Shown: positions 18,231 to 29,016, numbered from the stretch's first letter. The stretch is 64,000 nucleotides of DNA from Candidatus Cloacimonadota bacterium (GCA_963667255.1 OY762940.1:1175702-1239701), one strand, 5' to 3'. The notes: generated by a model from the letters alone, not told the origin. Numbers and translations: made by a program.

Positions 18231-20863
18231 CAGAGATAGAAAGAGTAGACATTTCGCTATATTCGGGCATCGCATCCGACTCGAGACAGGTAAAGCAAAA
18301 CTATATCTTTATTTGCATAAAGGGTTTATTGCAAAATGGACACGATTTTGTCAATGATGCTATCAAAAACGGGGCATCGTTAATTATCGCCGAAGATAAA
18401 ATCGAGACAAAAGTTCCTGTAATTGTGTGTAAAGACAGTCGTTTGGCAGCCGTCTATTTGTCAGACAAGTTTTACAGCAACCCGTCAGACAAGTTGAAGA
18501 TAGTGGGTATAACCGGAACTAACGGGAAATCGAGTTGCTCTTTCCTAACTCACAGAGTTTTAACTAAGTTAGGGTATAAAGCCGGCGTGATAGGAACCGG
18601 TAAATATCTAATAGGGACGGAAGAGTTCACGAACGAACGGACGACTCCCGACATTATAGAATTGCGGTATATTTTGTCCAAGATGGTAGAGGCTAAGGTT
18701 GAATTTGTTTTGATGGAAGTTTCTTCACATGCTATTGCTTTACAAAGAGTTGCAGGGATTAAATTTGATTTTGTTTGTTTCACAAATTTATCTCAAGATC
18801 ATTTGGATTTTCATAAGACTTTTGAAAACTATGTAGAAATTAAAATTAATTTTCTCAAAAATGCGATTTTTTGTGGGAGCATTGCTCTGATAAATTGGGA
18901 TGACGAGCAAGGTAAGATACTTGATAGCAATAAAATACTAAAGATTTCCTCAATAGATAAGAAAGCCGATTATTATTATAAATGTGAGAAAAGCGATTTG
19001 TCAGGGATTAAATTTTATCTAAACGATTTGAGCTGTTCCTCATCACTTTTAGGCGAGATTAATCTTTTCAATTCGGCTTTTATTTTGTCGCTGTTGGATG
19101 TTATGCTGGGTAAAGTTTTTACCGATGTTTTACAGGGAATAAAGCCTTTGGAAGGCAGATACAATCTTATTAGGGACAATGTTTTGGTCGATTACGCTCA
19201 TAGTCCGGACTCGTTGCAGAAAGTGTTGCAATTTGCAAAAAAGTTAGGCAGGAAACGGATAATTACTTTGTTTGGCTGTGGTGGAAATAGAGACCGCGAT
19301 AAACGCAAAAAAATGGGCAAGATTGCCGTTGGAAATTCAGATTTGGTGATAGTGTGCGAGGACAACTCCCGCAAGGAAAATGTGGTTGATATTGTCTCCG
19401 AGATAGCTGATGGTAACGATATGTCTAAAATAGTTATTATAAAGTCTCGTAAAATTGCTATAACTTATGGATTGTCAATCAGTAAGGAAGAAGACATTTT
19501 TTTGGTTTTAGGGCGAGGAGCAGAAAAAAAGATTGATAGGGGGTTTGAGGTTTTGCCGTTTTCTGATTTAGAATATTTATCAGGAAATTTGGACAATTCG
19601 TTCAAACAAGTTTTTGATCCGCTTTGGGTTGAGAAAGTTCTCAATTCATCTTTTGGAGGAAATTTTTCCTTGGATTTTGTGTTTGAGAGAGTTGTAACGG
19701 ACTCAAGAAATTTAGAGGAAAACTCTTTGTTTATAGCGTTACCTGGGAAAAATTTTGACTCAAATCAATTTGTAAGACAAGTGCTGGAAACTCAAGGGTG
19801 CTGTGCAGTTGTTAATAAAGAATGCGAAATTGAAGATGACAGGGTGTTGGTCGTTGAAGATACAGTGGATGCTTACCAATCTTTGGCTAAAGCTTATTTA
19901 TCGCATTTCGATCCTGTGAAAATCGGCATTACCGGTAGTGTGGGAAAAACCACCACGAAAGAGATATTAAGCAATGTGTTGAGCCAAGACGGGAAAGTGT
20001 TGAAAACTTTTGCCAACGAAAATAATCAGATTGGAGTCCCTAAGACGATTTTTCGCCTAACCCCTTCGCACAAATATTTGTTGATAGAAATGGGAACTGA
20101 TCACCCGGGGGAAATAGAAAAGCTTGCATCGGTTGTTTGCCCGAATATCGGGATTATTACCAATGTGAGTGCCAGTCATCTGCAAGCTTTCAGGACAATT
20201 AAGGGCGTTTATCAAGAAAAAAAGAGGTTGTTTGATTATAGCGATATAAAGTTGACATTGGCAAAGGAATTTTTTGATGAGAGTTTGGATTTTGATATAA
20301 TTGAGAAAGATGAAAATGTTTTTGTCAAAATCGATAAACAGATTTTTGAATTGGGGAATCAACCGAGATTTAGAGCAGATGCAGCAGCTATAGCTGTAAA
20401 AGTGGGAATGATTTTGAGTGTCGATAACTCTAAAATCTCCAAAGGTTTATCTCAGTTTCTTGACTTGGAAAATAGGTTAGAAATCAAAAATATTGATGGC
20501 GTTGATTTTATTTTCGATTGTTATAACGCAAATCCATTGTCCATGAGAGAATCTATAAAATTTTGGAAAAATTATAAGAAAAATAGAAATCATATTGCAA
20601 TTTTGGGAGATATGTTGGAGTTAGGAGACAAGGAAATCGATTTTCACGCAGAAATTGGCAAATTTGTTACAGGCTATACAATTTTTGGTGTTGGCAGGCT
20701 CTCTAAGCACTACAATCCGACATATTATTATGGGAATGTTGACAGATTTTGCGAAAATCTCCCAAAGTTTTCTTCGGGAGATGTTGTTCTGATCAAAGGT
20801 TCAAATGGAGTTGGGTTGACAAAACTAAAGAAGATTTTGGAAAGTAAATCAAAGGAATTATAA
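18227..20863 (+). CDS. murE-murF: fused UDP-MurNAc-tripeptide synthetase MurE / UDP-MurNAc-pentapeptide synthetase MurF
   Basis: Single 878-aa ORF with two Mur ligase modules. Each has a P-loop (GITGTNGKSS; GITGSVGKTT) and Mur ligase middle/C domains. Uninterrupted frame in the sequence. Confidence 0.8.
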   Translation: MTEIERVDISLYSGIASDSRQVKQNYIFICIKGLLQNGHDFVNDAIKNGASLIIAEDKIETKVPVIVCKDSRLAAVYLSDKFYSNPSDKLKIVGITGTNGKSSCSFLTHRVLTKLGYKAGVIGTGKYLIGTEEFTNERTTPDIIELRYILSKMVEAKVEFVLMEVSSHAIALQRVAGIKFDFVCFTNLSQDHLDFHKTFENYVEIKINFLKNAIFCGSIALINWDDEQGKILDSNKILKISSIDKKADYYYKCEKSDLSGIKFYLNDLSCSSSLLGEINLFNSAFILSLLDVMLGKVFTDVLQGIKPLEGRYNLIRDNVLVDYAHSPDSLQKVLQFAKKLGRKRIITLFGCGGNRDRDKRKKMGKIAVGNSDLVIVCEDNSRKENVVDIVSEIADGNDMSKIVIIKSRKIAITYGLSISKEEDIFLVLGRGAEKKIDRGFEVLPFSDLEYLSGNLDNSFKQVFDPLWVEKVLNSSFGGNFSLDFVFERVVTDSRNLEENSLFIALPGKNFDSNQFVRQVLETQGCCAVVNKECEIEDDRVLVVEDTVDAYQSLAKAYLSHFDPVKIGITGSVGKTTTKEILSNVLSQDGKVLKTFANENNQIGVPKTIFRLTPSHKYLLIEMGTDHPGEIEKLASVVCPNIGIITNVSASHLQAFRTIKGVYQEKKRLFDYSDIKLTLAKEFFDESLDFDIIEKDENVFVKIDKQIFELGNQPRFRADAAAIAVKVGMILSVDNSKISKGLSQFLDLENRLEIKNIDGVDFIFDCYNANPLSMRESIKFWKNYKKNRNHIAILGDMLELGDKEIDFHAEIGKFVTGYTIFGVGRLSKHYNPTYYYGNVDRFCENLPKFSSGDVVLIKGSNGVGLTKLKKILESKSKEL

Positions 20864-21964
20864 ATGTTTTATTTTTTATATAATTATATTGGGCAAAATA
20901 ATGTTTTACTTAATGTTCTTCGATATGTAACATTTCGCTCTGCAGCTGCTTTCGTGACGGCGTTTCTGTTCTCATTTTTGGTCGGTCCTTGGACTATCAA
21001 ATACTTGAAGAGAATGAAAATTGTAGAGAGCATCAACTCGTTTATGCCTCAGCACAACACCAAGCAAGGCACGCCCTCAATGGGTGGAGTTATAATAATT
21101 TGTGGACTTATGCTCTCGTCGCTGTTGTGGAACGATTTGAGTTCTCCGTATATTCTTATTCTGTATTTTGTTGCGATTTGGTTGGGGGCTTTGGGATTTA
21201 TAGACGATTACCTAAAGAACATAAAAGGCTATGGAGAAGGATTGGTAGCCAAGCATAAGCTATGGGGGCAGATATCTTTATCTCTCTTGACTTTTTGCTT
21301 CCTTTATATAATTCATCCCGATTTTTCAGTTTTGGGCAAAATTTCTGTTCCTTTTTTGAAAAACACTTTTTGGGAACTAAACTTTTTCTTTATTCCTTTC
21401 TTGATTTTTTTGATTGTCGGCTCGTCTAACGCTGTAAATATAAGTGACGGTTTAGACGGCTTAGCCGGAGGTTTGGTCTGCATTTGTCTGATACCTATAG
21501 GCATTTTGGCGTATATGAAAGGCAATGTCATTTTGTGCAATCACTTTCATTTGGAGTTCATTCAAGAGGGCTCAGAGATTTGCGTGTTCGTTTTTGCAAT
21601 AATTGGCACAACGCTGGGTTTTCTGTGGTATAACGCAAATCCGGCACAAATTTTCATGGGTGATACCGGTTCTCTTTGCCTCGGTGGTTTGCTGGCGGTG
21701 ATTTCCATAATCATTAGGGAAGAATTGTTATTAGGAATTACGGCTTTTGTTTTGGTAGCGGAAACGCTTTCCTCTTTCTTGCAAACCTCATATTTTAAAT
21801 ATACCAAGAAAAAATTTGGAGTAGGCAAACGACTGTTTTTATGTGCTCCGCTACATCACCATTTCGAGAGAAAAGGGTTGTCAGAGGAAAAAATAGTTAT
21901 TAGATTTTGGATAATTGCGGTTATTTTTGCCGCCTTGGCATTGATGACGATAAAACTTCGGTAG
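20864..21964 (+). CDS. mraY: phospho-N-acetylmuramoyl-pentapeptide transferase
   Basis: Polytopic membrane protein. NAVNISDGLDGLA and DTGS motifs. Confidence 0.9.
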   Translation: MFYFLYNYIGQNNVLLNVLRYVTFRSAAAFVTAFLFSFLVGPWTIKYLKRMKIVESINSFMPQHNTKQGTPSMGGVIIICGLMLSSLLWNDLSSPYILILYFVAIWLGALGFIDDYLKNIKGYGEGLVAKHKLWGQISLSLLTFCFLYIIHPDFSVLGKISVPFLKNTFWELNFFFIPFLIFLIVGSSNAVNISDGLDGLAGGLVCICLIPIGILAYMKGNVILCNHFHLEFIQEGSEICVFVFAIIGTTLGFLWYNANPAQIFMGDTGSLCLGGLLAVISIIIREELLLGITAFVLVAETLSSFLQTSYFKYTKKKFGVGKRLFLCAPLHHHFERKGLSEEKIVIRFWIIAVIFAALALMTIKLR

Positions 21965-21967
21965 ATT

Positions 21968-23248
21968 ATGGATTTTAAAGATAAAAAAGTTTGTGTTCTC
22001 GGTTTGGGGATTTCAGGACTTGCAGCCACAAAGAGACTTTTGCAATTGGGTGTGAAAGTTTTTGTGTCCGATAAGAGCGAAAAATCTTTGACCGAGTTGC
22101 AACGATTAGGTTGTGAATTTGAATTGGGAAACCATTCGGATAAGGTTTTGGATAACGATTTTATCGTTGTGAGTCCCGGAATAAGGCTGGATATTCCCAT
22201 TCTGAAAAAAGCTCGTAAAAATGGCATCAACATCTTGTCTGAGATTGAGTTAGGTTATCTATTGAAGCCTGAAAAAACCAAGATTATTGCAGTGACAGGA
22301 ACGAACGGGAAAAGCACTGTCGTTTCGCTAATTAAGCACATTTTGGATGTTGGAGGAGTCAAAGCTGGATTGGCAGGGAATATTGGTTTTCCTATAACCT
22401 CTTACGATTTGCAGAAAGAGCAGTTTGACTATTTGGTTTTGGAGCTCTCCAGTTTCCAGTTGGAATTATTGGAAGCCTTCAAAGCTGACATAGCTATTTT
22501 GTTAAACATTACACCCGATCATCTTAATCGTTATTCTTCGTTTGAGGAGTATGCTCAAATCAAATATAACATTTTTAAAAATCAATCAAAGCGAGATAAA
22601 GCTATATTTTCAAACGAGATAAATAGACCACAAATAAGTTCATCTTGTTTGACAATGGAAGATTTTTTATATGGAAATGAAATTGTTGTAAATGGATTTG
22701 CATTCAAAAATTGTAACAAAACCCTTTTGGGAAACCATAATCTAAAAAACATAACATTCTCTGTTCTCGCTTGTTATAATATAGTTCCTAATAATTTAAT
22801 TCAGAAAGCTATAAACAGTTTTTCGCCTTTGGAGCATCGTTTGGAGAAGTTTTATGAAAGCAAAGGGATTGTCTTTGTTAACGATTCCAAAGCTACCACA
22901 GTGGATTCGACTTTGTGTGCGTTGCAAGCATTCAGCCAAAAAATTGTTCTGATTTTGGGTGGTTCGGATAAGGGCGAAGATTTTAATAGACTTTTACCTC
23001 TTTTGAAAGAAAAATGTAAAAAAGTTTATTTGATAGGGGAAACTGGTAAAGTTATGTTTTCGTCTTTCCAAAACGATGTTGATTGTGAGTATGTTCTTGA
23101 GTTTGAGGATTGTGTAAAAAAGTCAATTTCATCTGCTCTAAGTGGAGATATTGTGCTTTTGTCGCCCGCTTGTGCGAGTTATGATATGTTCGACAATTTT
23201 GAGCAAAGAGGCAGAAAATTTAAAGATTTGGTTAAAAATTTAGTTTAG
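21968..23248 (+). CDS. murD: UDP-N-acetylmuramoylalanine--D-glutamate ligase
   Basis: Rossmann N-terminus GLGISGLA. Mur ligase P-loop GTNGKST. Confidence 0.85.
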   Translation: MDFKDKKVCVLGLGISGLAATKRLLQLGVKVFVSDKSEKSLTELQRLGCEFELGNHSDKVLDNDFIVVSPGIRLDIPILKKARKNGINILSEIELGYLLKPEKTKIIAVTGTNGKSTVVSLIKHILDVGGVKAGLAGNIGFPITSYDLQKEQFDYLVLELSSFQLELLEAFKADIAILLNITPDHLNRYSSFEEYAQIKYNIFKNQSKRDKAIFSNEINRPQISSSCLTMEDFLYGNEIVVNGFAFKNCNKTLLGNHNLKNITFSVLACYNIVPNNLIQKAINSFSPLEHRLEKFYESKGIVFVNDSKATTVDSTLCALQAFSQKIVLILGGSDKGEDFNRLLPLLKEKCKKVYLIGETGKVMFSSFQNDVDCEYVLEFEDCVKKSISSALSGDIVLLSPACASYDMFDNFEQRGRKFKDLVKNLV

Positions 23249-23252
23249 AGAT

Positions 23253-24356
23253 ATGTTTGATTTTTTTAAAAAAGCGGATAGATTTATAACGATAGCCTAC
23301 ATTTTTCTTGTGTGCATTGGGTTATATTTTGTGATGAACATAGCTTCATACGGGCATATGGCTAAGTTTATGAAGCAGATTGTTTGGGTTTTGATATCAT
23401 TTGTTGCTGTTTTGGTATCTTTTGAGTTGGATTTGGAGAAAATCAAAAAACTAATTCCTTTTATGCTCATTTTTGTCTCTTGTTTGCTCATTCTGGTTTT
23501 GCTTTTTGGAGTGGAAATCAGAGGAGCGAGAAGGCTTTTCCATTTCGGGTTCATCTCGTTTCAACCGAGTTTGTTGGCACGGCTGGTTTTGATTTTGTAT
23601 TTCGCCTATATTTTGGACAAAAAAAAAGAATGCAAAATTAGCGGGCTAAAAGATTTTTTTACCCATTATAAGCAGCTTGTTTTGGTTTCTGTTGTAATAT
23701 TTTCTCTTATTTTAGCCGGAAGGCATTTAAGCATTCTGATTATTCTCGGCTTGTCCCTTCTTATGATGTTAATTGCTGCAGGGATTAGCAAGCGAATTGT
23801 TTTTGTTCTTATCTCCACTCTGGCGGTTTTATTGGTTTTAGTTGTAAGTTTTGGAGCCAGCTTCAGATTGCAAAGAATTGGCGTTTACCAAAAATACAAT
23901 CTTTTGATGAGTGAAGACACCTCTTTCGTCCTCAGGGAAGGAGCGGACTATTCTACCAAGCAGAGCCTTATGGCTTTGGCTTCCGGCGGATTTTTTGGCG
24001 GAGACGGCAGAGCAAAAGACTCAAATCTCCCCGAGGCAGACACGGATTACATTTTTTCGGTAATAGCCGAAGAGTTTGGATTTTTTGGGGCTTTCATCAT
24101 AATTATCGCTTTTGCTATCATCTACTTTAGAGCCCTAAAACTTCTGAGTTCGGAAACAAATCTTTACAAGAAACTTATGGGAGTTGGCTTAATTCACAAT
24201 ATTTTTTACAATGTCATAGTCCATATAGGGGTAACTATTTCCATGCTACCGCCGACAGGGGTTACTTTGCCATTCATCAGCTATGGAGGGACTTCGATGT
24301 TGGTCAACTCTTTGTCCATTGGCATAATTCTTAATCTTACCAAAAAAGAGATTTGA
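23253..24356 (+). CDS. ftsW: peptidoglycan glycosyltransferase FtsW (SEDS family)
   Basis: 10-TM SEDS protein. PEADTDYIFSVIAEEFGF motif. Confidence 0.85.
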   Translation: MFDFFKKADRFITIAYIFLVCIGLYFVMNIASYGHMAKFMKQIVWVLISFVAVLVSFELDLEKIKKLIPFMLIFVSCLLILVLLFGVEIRGARRLFHFGFISFQPSLLARLVLILYFAYILDKKKECKISGLKDFFTHYKQLVLVSVVIFSLILAGRHLSILIILGLSLLMMLIAAGISKRIVFVLISTLAVLLVLVVSFGASFRLQRIGVYQKYNLLMSEDTSFVLREGADYSTKQSLMALASGGFFGGDGRAKDSNLPEADTDYIFSVIAEEFGFFGAFIIIIAFAIIYFRALKLLSSETNLYKKLMGVGLIHNIFYNVIVHIGVTISMLPPTGVTLPFISYGGTSMLVNSLSIGIILNLTKKEI

Positions 24357-24357
24357 A

Positions 24358-25401
24358 TTGGTGAAAGTTGTAATATCGGGAGGTGGGACAGCTGGTCATA
24401 TCATCCCCGCTTTAGTGATAGGTAACGCTCTAAAAGAAAAAGGCAACGAAGTCGTTTTTGTGGGGAACGCAGACTCTATGGAAGAAAAACTTGCAGTTGA
24501 TTTTTCTTATTTTCCCATAGCTGTCCAAAAATTGTATAGGAAATTTACCTTCAAACACATTTTATTTCCCATTAAATTATTTTTCAGCTTTTTTAAGTGC
24601 TTGCTTTTTTTCTTCAAGTTTAAACCGAATATTTTTGTGGGAAGTGGGGGATTTGTTTGTGCTCCACCGGCGTTAGCAGCCATTTTTTACAATAAATTGG
24701 CTAAAAGAAAAATTCTCATCTATTTCCATGAGCAAAACTCATATCCGGGCTTAGTTACGCGAAAATTGGGGAAATATGCTAAAACCGTTTTTTTGGGAAA
24801 CGAAAAGGGAAACACTTATTTTCAAAGAAGTTTATTCGTAGGCAATCCAATCCAAAGTCAATCTGTTTCCAAAGGGAATAACATATTGGTTGTTGGAGGG
24901 TCGCAGGGCTCAGAGTTTCTGAATGAGAAATTTTTGGGAATTTTGGATTTTCTGTTGGAGAGAGAGTTTCAAATAGATTGGCAGGTTGGAGAGAAAAATA
25001 TTGAGTTGTATTCCTCTTTCAAAAGCGAAAAAGTCAATATTTTCGGGTTTTCAAACAAAATGCCCGAGATTTATAATAGGGCAGGATTGGTTATTTGCAG
25101 AGCTGGAGCTTTGACCATTGCGGAGCTACAAGCTCGCGGAGTGCCCGCCATTTTGGTTCCGTTGGGGATTTCAGCAGGCAATCATCAATATCAGAACGCT
25201 CTTTCTTACACCGAATCGGGAAGGGGAATTGTGTTGAAGGAGACGGAGTGCACAGAAGAGAGTTTGAAAGATGCTGTTCTACAAATTTTGGGAAATTACG
25301 AGCAGTATAAAAATTTTGCCGAAAAAAATAGTTGCAAAGCTGACATCGGAAAAGTAATTAGCGAAAAAATTTACGGAGATTTTGAGAGAGGGAGGAAATA
25401 G
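24358..25401 (+). CDS. murG: undecaprenyldiphospho-muramoylpentapeptide beta-N-acetylglucosaminyltransferase
   Basis: GGTAGHIIPAL N-terminal motif. GT-B C-terminal domain. Confidence 0.9.
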   Translation: MVKVVISGGGTAGHIIPALVIGNALKEKGNEVVFVGNADSMEEKLAVDFSYFPIAVQKLYRKFTFKHILFPIKLFFSFFKCLLFFFKFKPNIFVGSGGFVCAPPALAAIFYNKLAKRKILIYFHEQNSYPGLVTRKLGKYAKTVFLGNEKGNTYFQRSLFVGNPIQSQSVSKGNNILVVGGSQGSEFLNEKFLGILDFLLEREFQIDWQVGEKNIELYSSFKSEKVNIFGFSNKMPEIYNRAGLVICRAGALTIAELQARGVPAILVPLGISAGNHQYQNALSYTESGRGIVLKETECTEESLKDAVLQILGNYEQYKNFAEKNSCKADIGKVISEKIYGDFERGRK

Positions 25402-26863
25402 TATGGAAAAACTAAAGGCTTTTGATTTAAACAAAAAAACACTTAGCTTCATTTTGTTCAAGGCGTATTATTCATTAACGGACAAACAAAGACGATTGGT
25501 GGTAGAAAATTCCGTGAAAGACGGTTTGTATATAGAGGATTTTCGTCGTAACTATGTGTCTCGCAGTATGGTTGAGACGATTCAGACGAAAATGCAAGAG
25601 ATTATCGATAGCGATTTGCCTATCGTGAAGAAAACAGTGTCGGTGGAGGAAGCCAAAGAAATTTTTAGTGAACGAAAAGATGTTTTGAAAAACATTGAGT
25701 TCTTGAAATTTGAGGAAGTAGATATTTATTGCTGTGAAGAGTATTGTGATTATATTGTGGGAGATTTGTTGGATAGCACAGGCAAAGTGGGGGAGTTCAA
25801 ACTTTCCGATTATAGTCCCGGGTTTATTCTGCGGATGGCATCGTGGGAGACGGGAGAGTTCAACTCTAATTTCGATATATCAAAACGGCTGTTCAATGCT
25901 CATCAATCTTACAAAAGATGGCTTCTTCTCACTAAAATGTATAATTTGGGGTATCTAAATCAGGCGGTTGACAATGGCTCTATCAAAACACAAATTTTGA
26001 TGGATGAGACACGAGTTGAGCAGGAAATCACTAAAATTGCTTCCGCCATTCAGTGCGACAAATTGGTGAAATTGGTTCTTATTGCCGGTCCGTCTTCTTC
26101 GGGCAAAACGACATTCGCTTCCAAGCTGAGACTGCATTTGTCTGTTTTCGGGCTGAAGCCCGTGGTAATCAGTTTGGATGACTATTTTTTACCGCGAACT
26201 CTCACTCCGCGTAAGCCTAATGGCGATTTTGATTTTGAGTGTTTGCAGTCGATAGATTTGCAGTTTCTGAATAAGGATTTAAACAAAATTTTAAGAGGGG
26301 AAGAGGTTGAACTCCCTAAATATGATTTCAAATCGGGAACACGAGAGAAAAGCGGACACACTATCAAACTTGGTTCTAAGCATATCCTAATCATTGAGGG
26401 CATTCATGCTCTGAACAGGGAACTTACTTATTCCATACCTTTTTCGCAAAAGAAGAGCATTTACATCAGCCCGCTGTTCCAACTAAATCTTGATAGACAC
26501 AATCGCATAACCACAACGGAAATTCGACAGTTGAGGCGGATAGTGAGAGATAAATACTATCGTGGATACTCTGCCGAAGACACTCTTGGTCGTTGGGAAT
26601 CCATCAGAGAAGGCGAAGACAAAAATATATTCCCATTCCAAGAGGAAGCGGATTTTATTTTTAATTCGGCTCTGACCTATGAATTGGCAGCCCTGAAATC
26701 CCATGCTATCAGACCGCTATTGGAGGTTGAAAAAGAGTCTGCTAATTATCCAAAAGCTTGCAAACTGCTGGCTATACTGGAGCATGTAAAAGAGATAGAC
26801 GACACATTTATTCCCCCGACTTCGGTTTTGCGTGAGTTTATCGGGGGCAGTATTTTCCGTTAA
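25382..26863 (+). CDS. uridine/cytidine kinase-family P-loop kinase fused to ThrRS-like N-terminal (TGS-type) domains
   Basis: C-terminal Walker A LIAGPSSSGKTTFASKL with a Udk-like region. About 220-aa N-terminal extension resembling threonyl-tRNA synthetase N-terminal domains. Confidence 0.55.
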   Translation: MREGGNSMEKLKAFDLNKKTLSFILFKAYYSLTDKQRRLVVENSVKDGLYIEDFRRNYVSRSMVETIQTKMQEIIDSDLPIVKKTVSVEEAKEIFSERKDVLKNIEFLKFEEVDIYCCEEYCDYIVGDLLDSTGKVGEFKLSDYSPGFILRMASWETGEFNSNFDISKRLFNAHQSYKRWLLLTKMYNLGYLNQAVDNGSIKTQILMDETRVEQEITKIASAIQCDKLVKLVLIAGPSSSGKTTFASKLRLHLSVFGLKPVVISLDDYFLPRTLTPRKPNGDFDFECLQSIDLQFLNKDLNKILRGEEVELPKYDFKSGTREKSGHTIKLGSKHILIIEGIHALNRELTYSIPFSQKKSIYISPLFQLNLDRHNRITTTEIRQLRRIVRDKYYRGYSAEDTLGRWESIREGEDKNIFPFQEEADFIFNSALTYELAALKSHAIRPLLEVEKESANYPKACKLLAILEHVKEIDDTFIPPTSVLREFIGGSIFR

Positions 26864-26978
26864 TTGTAGAATATAACAAGAAGACAAAAAAATCTTGTCA
26901 AATAGGATTTAGATGAAAGTTTTGTCAGGATTGATTTATTGATGAAAGAGTTTGTAATTATATTTTAGGAACACAAAT

Positions 26979-27380
26979 ATGGGTTTAAGAAGAAAGGGTC
27001 GGGAAATTGCTATGCAGGCACTCTATGGTGATGATTACGACAAACAAAGGGTTTTTGATACTTTGGAGCAGATAGGCAATGACGAACAATTGGCTTCAAA
27101 TAGTTCTATCATTTTGTTTGCCAAAGAGTTAGTTTCTGGAGTGTTGGACAATTTGGAGCAAATTGACAGGATTATAATTACGAAATCGAAAAATTGGGAA
27201 TTTTCCAGAATTTCTCCCGTAGATAAGGCATTGCTGAGGATAGGAATTTTTGAACTTCTAAACACCAGTGTTCCTCGAGCCGTTGTCATTAATGAGGCTA
27301 TAGAGATTGCCAAAGTTTTTTCGACCGTGTCTTCGGGAAAATTTATCAATGGAATTTTGAATCAAGTTGAAGCGGATTGA
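26979..27380 (+). CDS. nusB: transcription antitermination factor NusB
   Basis: 133 aa all-helical. RREIAMQALY N-terminal signature. Confidence 0.8.
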   Translation: MGLRRKGREIAMQALYGDDYDKQRVFDTLEQIGNDEQLASNSSIILFAKELVSGVLDNLEQIDRIIITKSKNWEFSRISPVDKALLRIGIFELLNTSVPRAVVINEAIEIAKVFSTVSSGKFINGILNQVEAD

Positions 27381-27428
27381 AATAGTTTTTTAAGTTAGTT
27401 ATTATTGCACTTTGGGAGAGTTAATAGT

Positions 27429-28268
27429 ATGAATTTTCAGGATATAATAAAAAATCTTAATAATTTTTGGGCAGATTGCGGTTGCAATATTTTGCAACCT
27501 TATGATGAGCAAGTTGGAGCCGGGACATTTCATCCTGCAACTTTTTTCGGCTCGTTGTCCGATAAGCCCACTTCTGTTGCTTATGTCCAGCCTTGTCGCA
27601 GACCGAAAGACGGCAGATATGGCGAAAATCCGAACAGATTACAGCATTATTATCAATATCAAGTCATTATCAAGCCTTCTCCAGATGATGTTCAAGAGTT
27701 GTATATCAAGAGCCTTCAGCATATAGGAATTGACACATCCAAGCACGATATTCGTTTTATTGAGGACGATTGGGAGTCTCCGACTTTGGGTGCTTGGGGA
27801 TTGGGATGGGAAGTTTGGCTTGACGGTATGGAAATCACGCAATTTACCTATTTTCAACAAGTTGGTGGCATAAATCTTTCCCCGATTAGTGTGGAACTAA
27901 CCTACGGTTTGGAGAGAATAGCCATGTATATTCAGAAAGTTGACGATTATCGAGACATTGCTTGGAACGACAAAACGACCTACGGCGATCTTTTCTACCA
28001 GAGAGAGGCACAATTCACAAATTTCAACTTTAACTATTCCGCACCTTCCATTTTATTTAAGCAATTTGATGAATATCGGGAGCAAGTTTTGTTTTTGTTG
28101 AAGAATGATTTGGTTTATCCTGCATACGATTATTTGTTGAAATGTTCACATTTATTCAATCTTCTTGATGCTCGAGGCTCTATTTCGGTCACACAACGAA
28201 CCGCCTATATCAAATCCATTCGGGATATGGCGAAGGGTTGTGCTCAAAAATATATCCAATTAAATTAA
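27429..28268 (+). CDS. glyQ: glycine--tRNA ligase alpha subunit
   Basis: [36 protein letters not shown] matches the GlyQ N-terminus. GGGAGAG RBS 8 nt upstream of ATG 27429. The ORF-track start 27405 is a TTG extension. Confidence 0.85.
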   Translation: MNFQDIIKNLNNFWADCGCNILQPYDEQVGAGTFHPATFFGSLSDKPTSVAYVQPCRRPKDGRYGENPNRLQHYYQYQVIIKPSPDDVQELYIKSLQHIGIDTSKHDIRFIEDDWESPTLGAWGLGWEVWLDGMEITQFTYFQQVGGINLSPISVELTYGLERIAMYIQKVDDYRDIAWNDKTTYGDLFYQREAQFTNFNFNYSAPSILFKQFDEYREQVLFLLKNDLVYPAYDYLLKCSHLFNLLDARGSISVTQRTAYIKSIRDMAKGCAQKYIQLN

Positions 28269-28275
28269 ATAGGAA

Positions 28276-29010
28276 ATGCTTATGTTATTTAGATTTTTGA
28301 TTTTTATTTGTCTGCTTTTCTCTTTTACTCTTGGTTTTGGTGAGGATACTGAGAAGGTTGAGGTAAAACAAGAAGAAGTAGAGAACACTGTAGAAGAGGA
28401 AAGTTCATTCAAGATTTTTTCGAATTGCGAAGGGAATCTAAAAGAAGTGCAAGTTGTAGATGGTAATAGTGGAAAAAAAGACAGCAGTTCTCTTGATGTG
28501 ATTGACGAAAAAGCTGCTGGAAACCTATACGATATGGAATTCCCAATAAAAGCAACTTTTGACTTTAATAAGCACGAGTTGCAAACCAAAGGGGTCTATG
28601 TTCTCTACACAATGAGAAGAATATATTTTATTATCGGTGGCAGAGTTTATGGTCCGGTATACGACTCCAAAAAGGAGTTTTGGGAAAATAAGTGGGTAAT
28701 GCCGAAAGACTTCCAAAAAATTGCAAAAGATGAAGATTATGAAATTTATTATTTTGGTGATGTGCCTTACATACAACTAAAAAAATTCCATATCTATTGG
28801 CTATCTAAGTATAATACCAAAAAATATAAAGAGGCTACTACGAACGAATGTTATTTCACAGATATTTTGCTTAAAATGACCAATTACAAAATTAAATTTT
28901 ATTCAATGTCTGAGGGGATGAGATTGTATGTGAAAGTTCCGCAAATAATGAAGAAGACCGAAAAATATTTCCCTCCTATAAAAGAAGTTTTTGAAGGCGA
29001 ATTTCTTTAA
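28276..29010 (+). CDS. hypothetical secreted protein (signal peptide)
   Basis: Hydrophobic N-terminus MLMLFRFLIFICLLFSFTLGFG. No recognisable catalytic motifs. Confidence 0.4.
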   Translation: MLMLFRFLIFICLLFSFTLGFGEDTEKVEVKQEEVENTVEEESSFKIFSNCEGNLKEVQVVDGNSGKKDSSSLDVIDEKAAGNLYDMEFPIKATFDFNKHELQTKGVYVLYTMRRIYFIIGGRVYGPVYDSKKEFWENKWVMPKDFQKIAKDEDYEIYYFGDVPYIQLKKFHIYWLSKYNTKKYKEATTNECYFTDILLKMTNYKIKFYSMSEGMRLYVKVPQIMKKTEKYFPPIKEVFEGEFL

Positions 29011-29016
29011 ATAATA

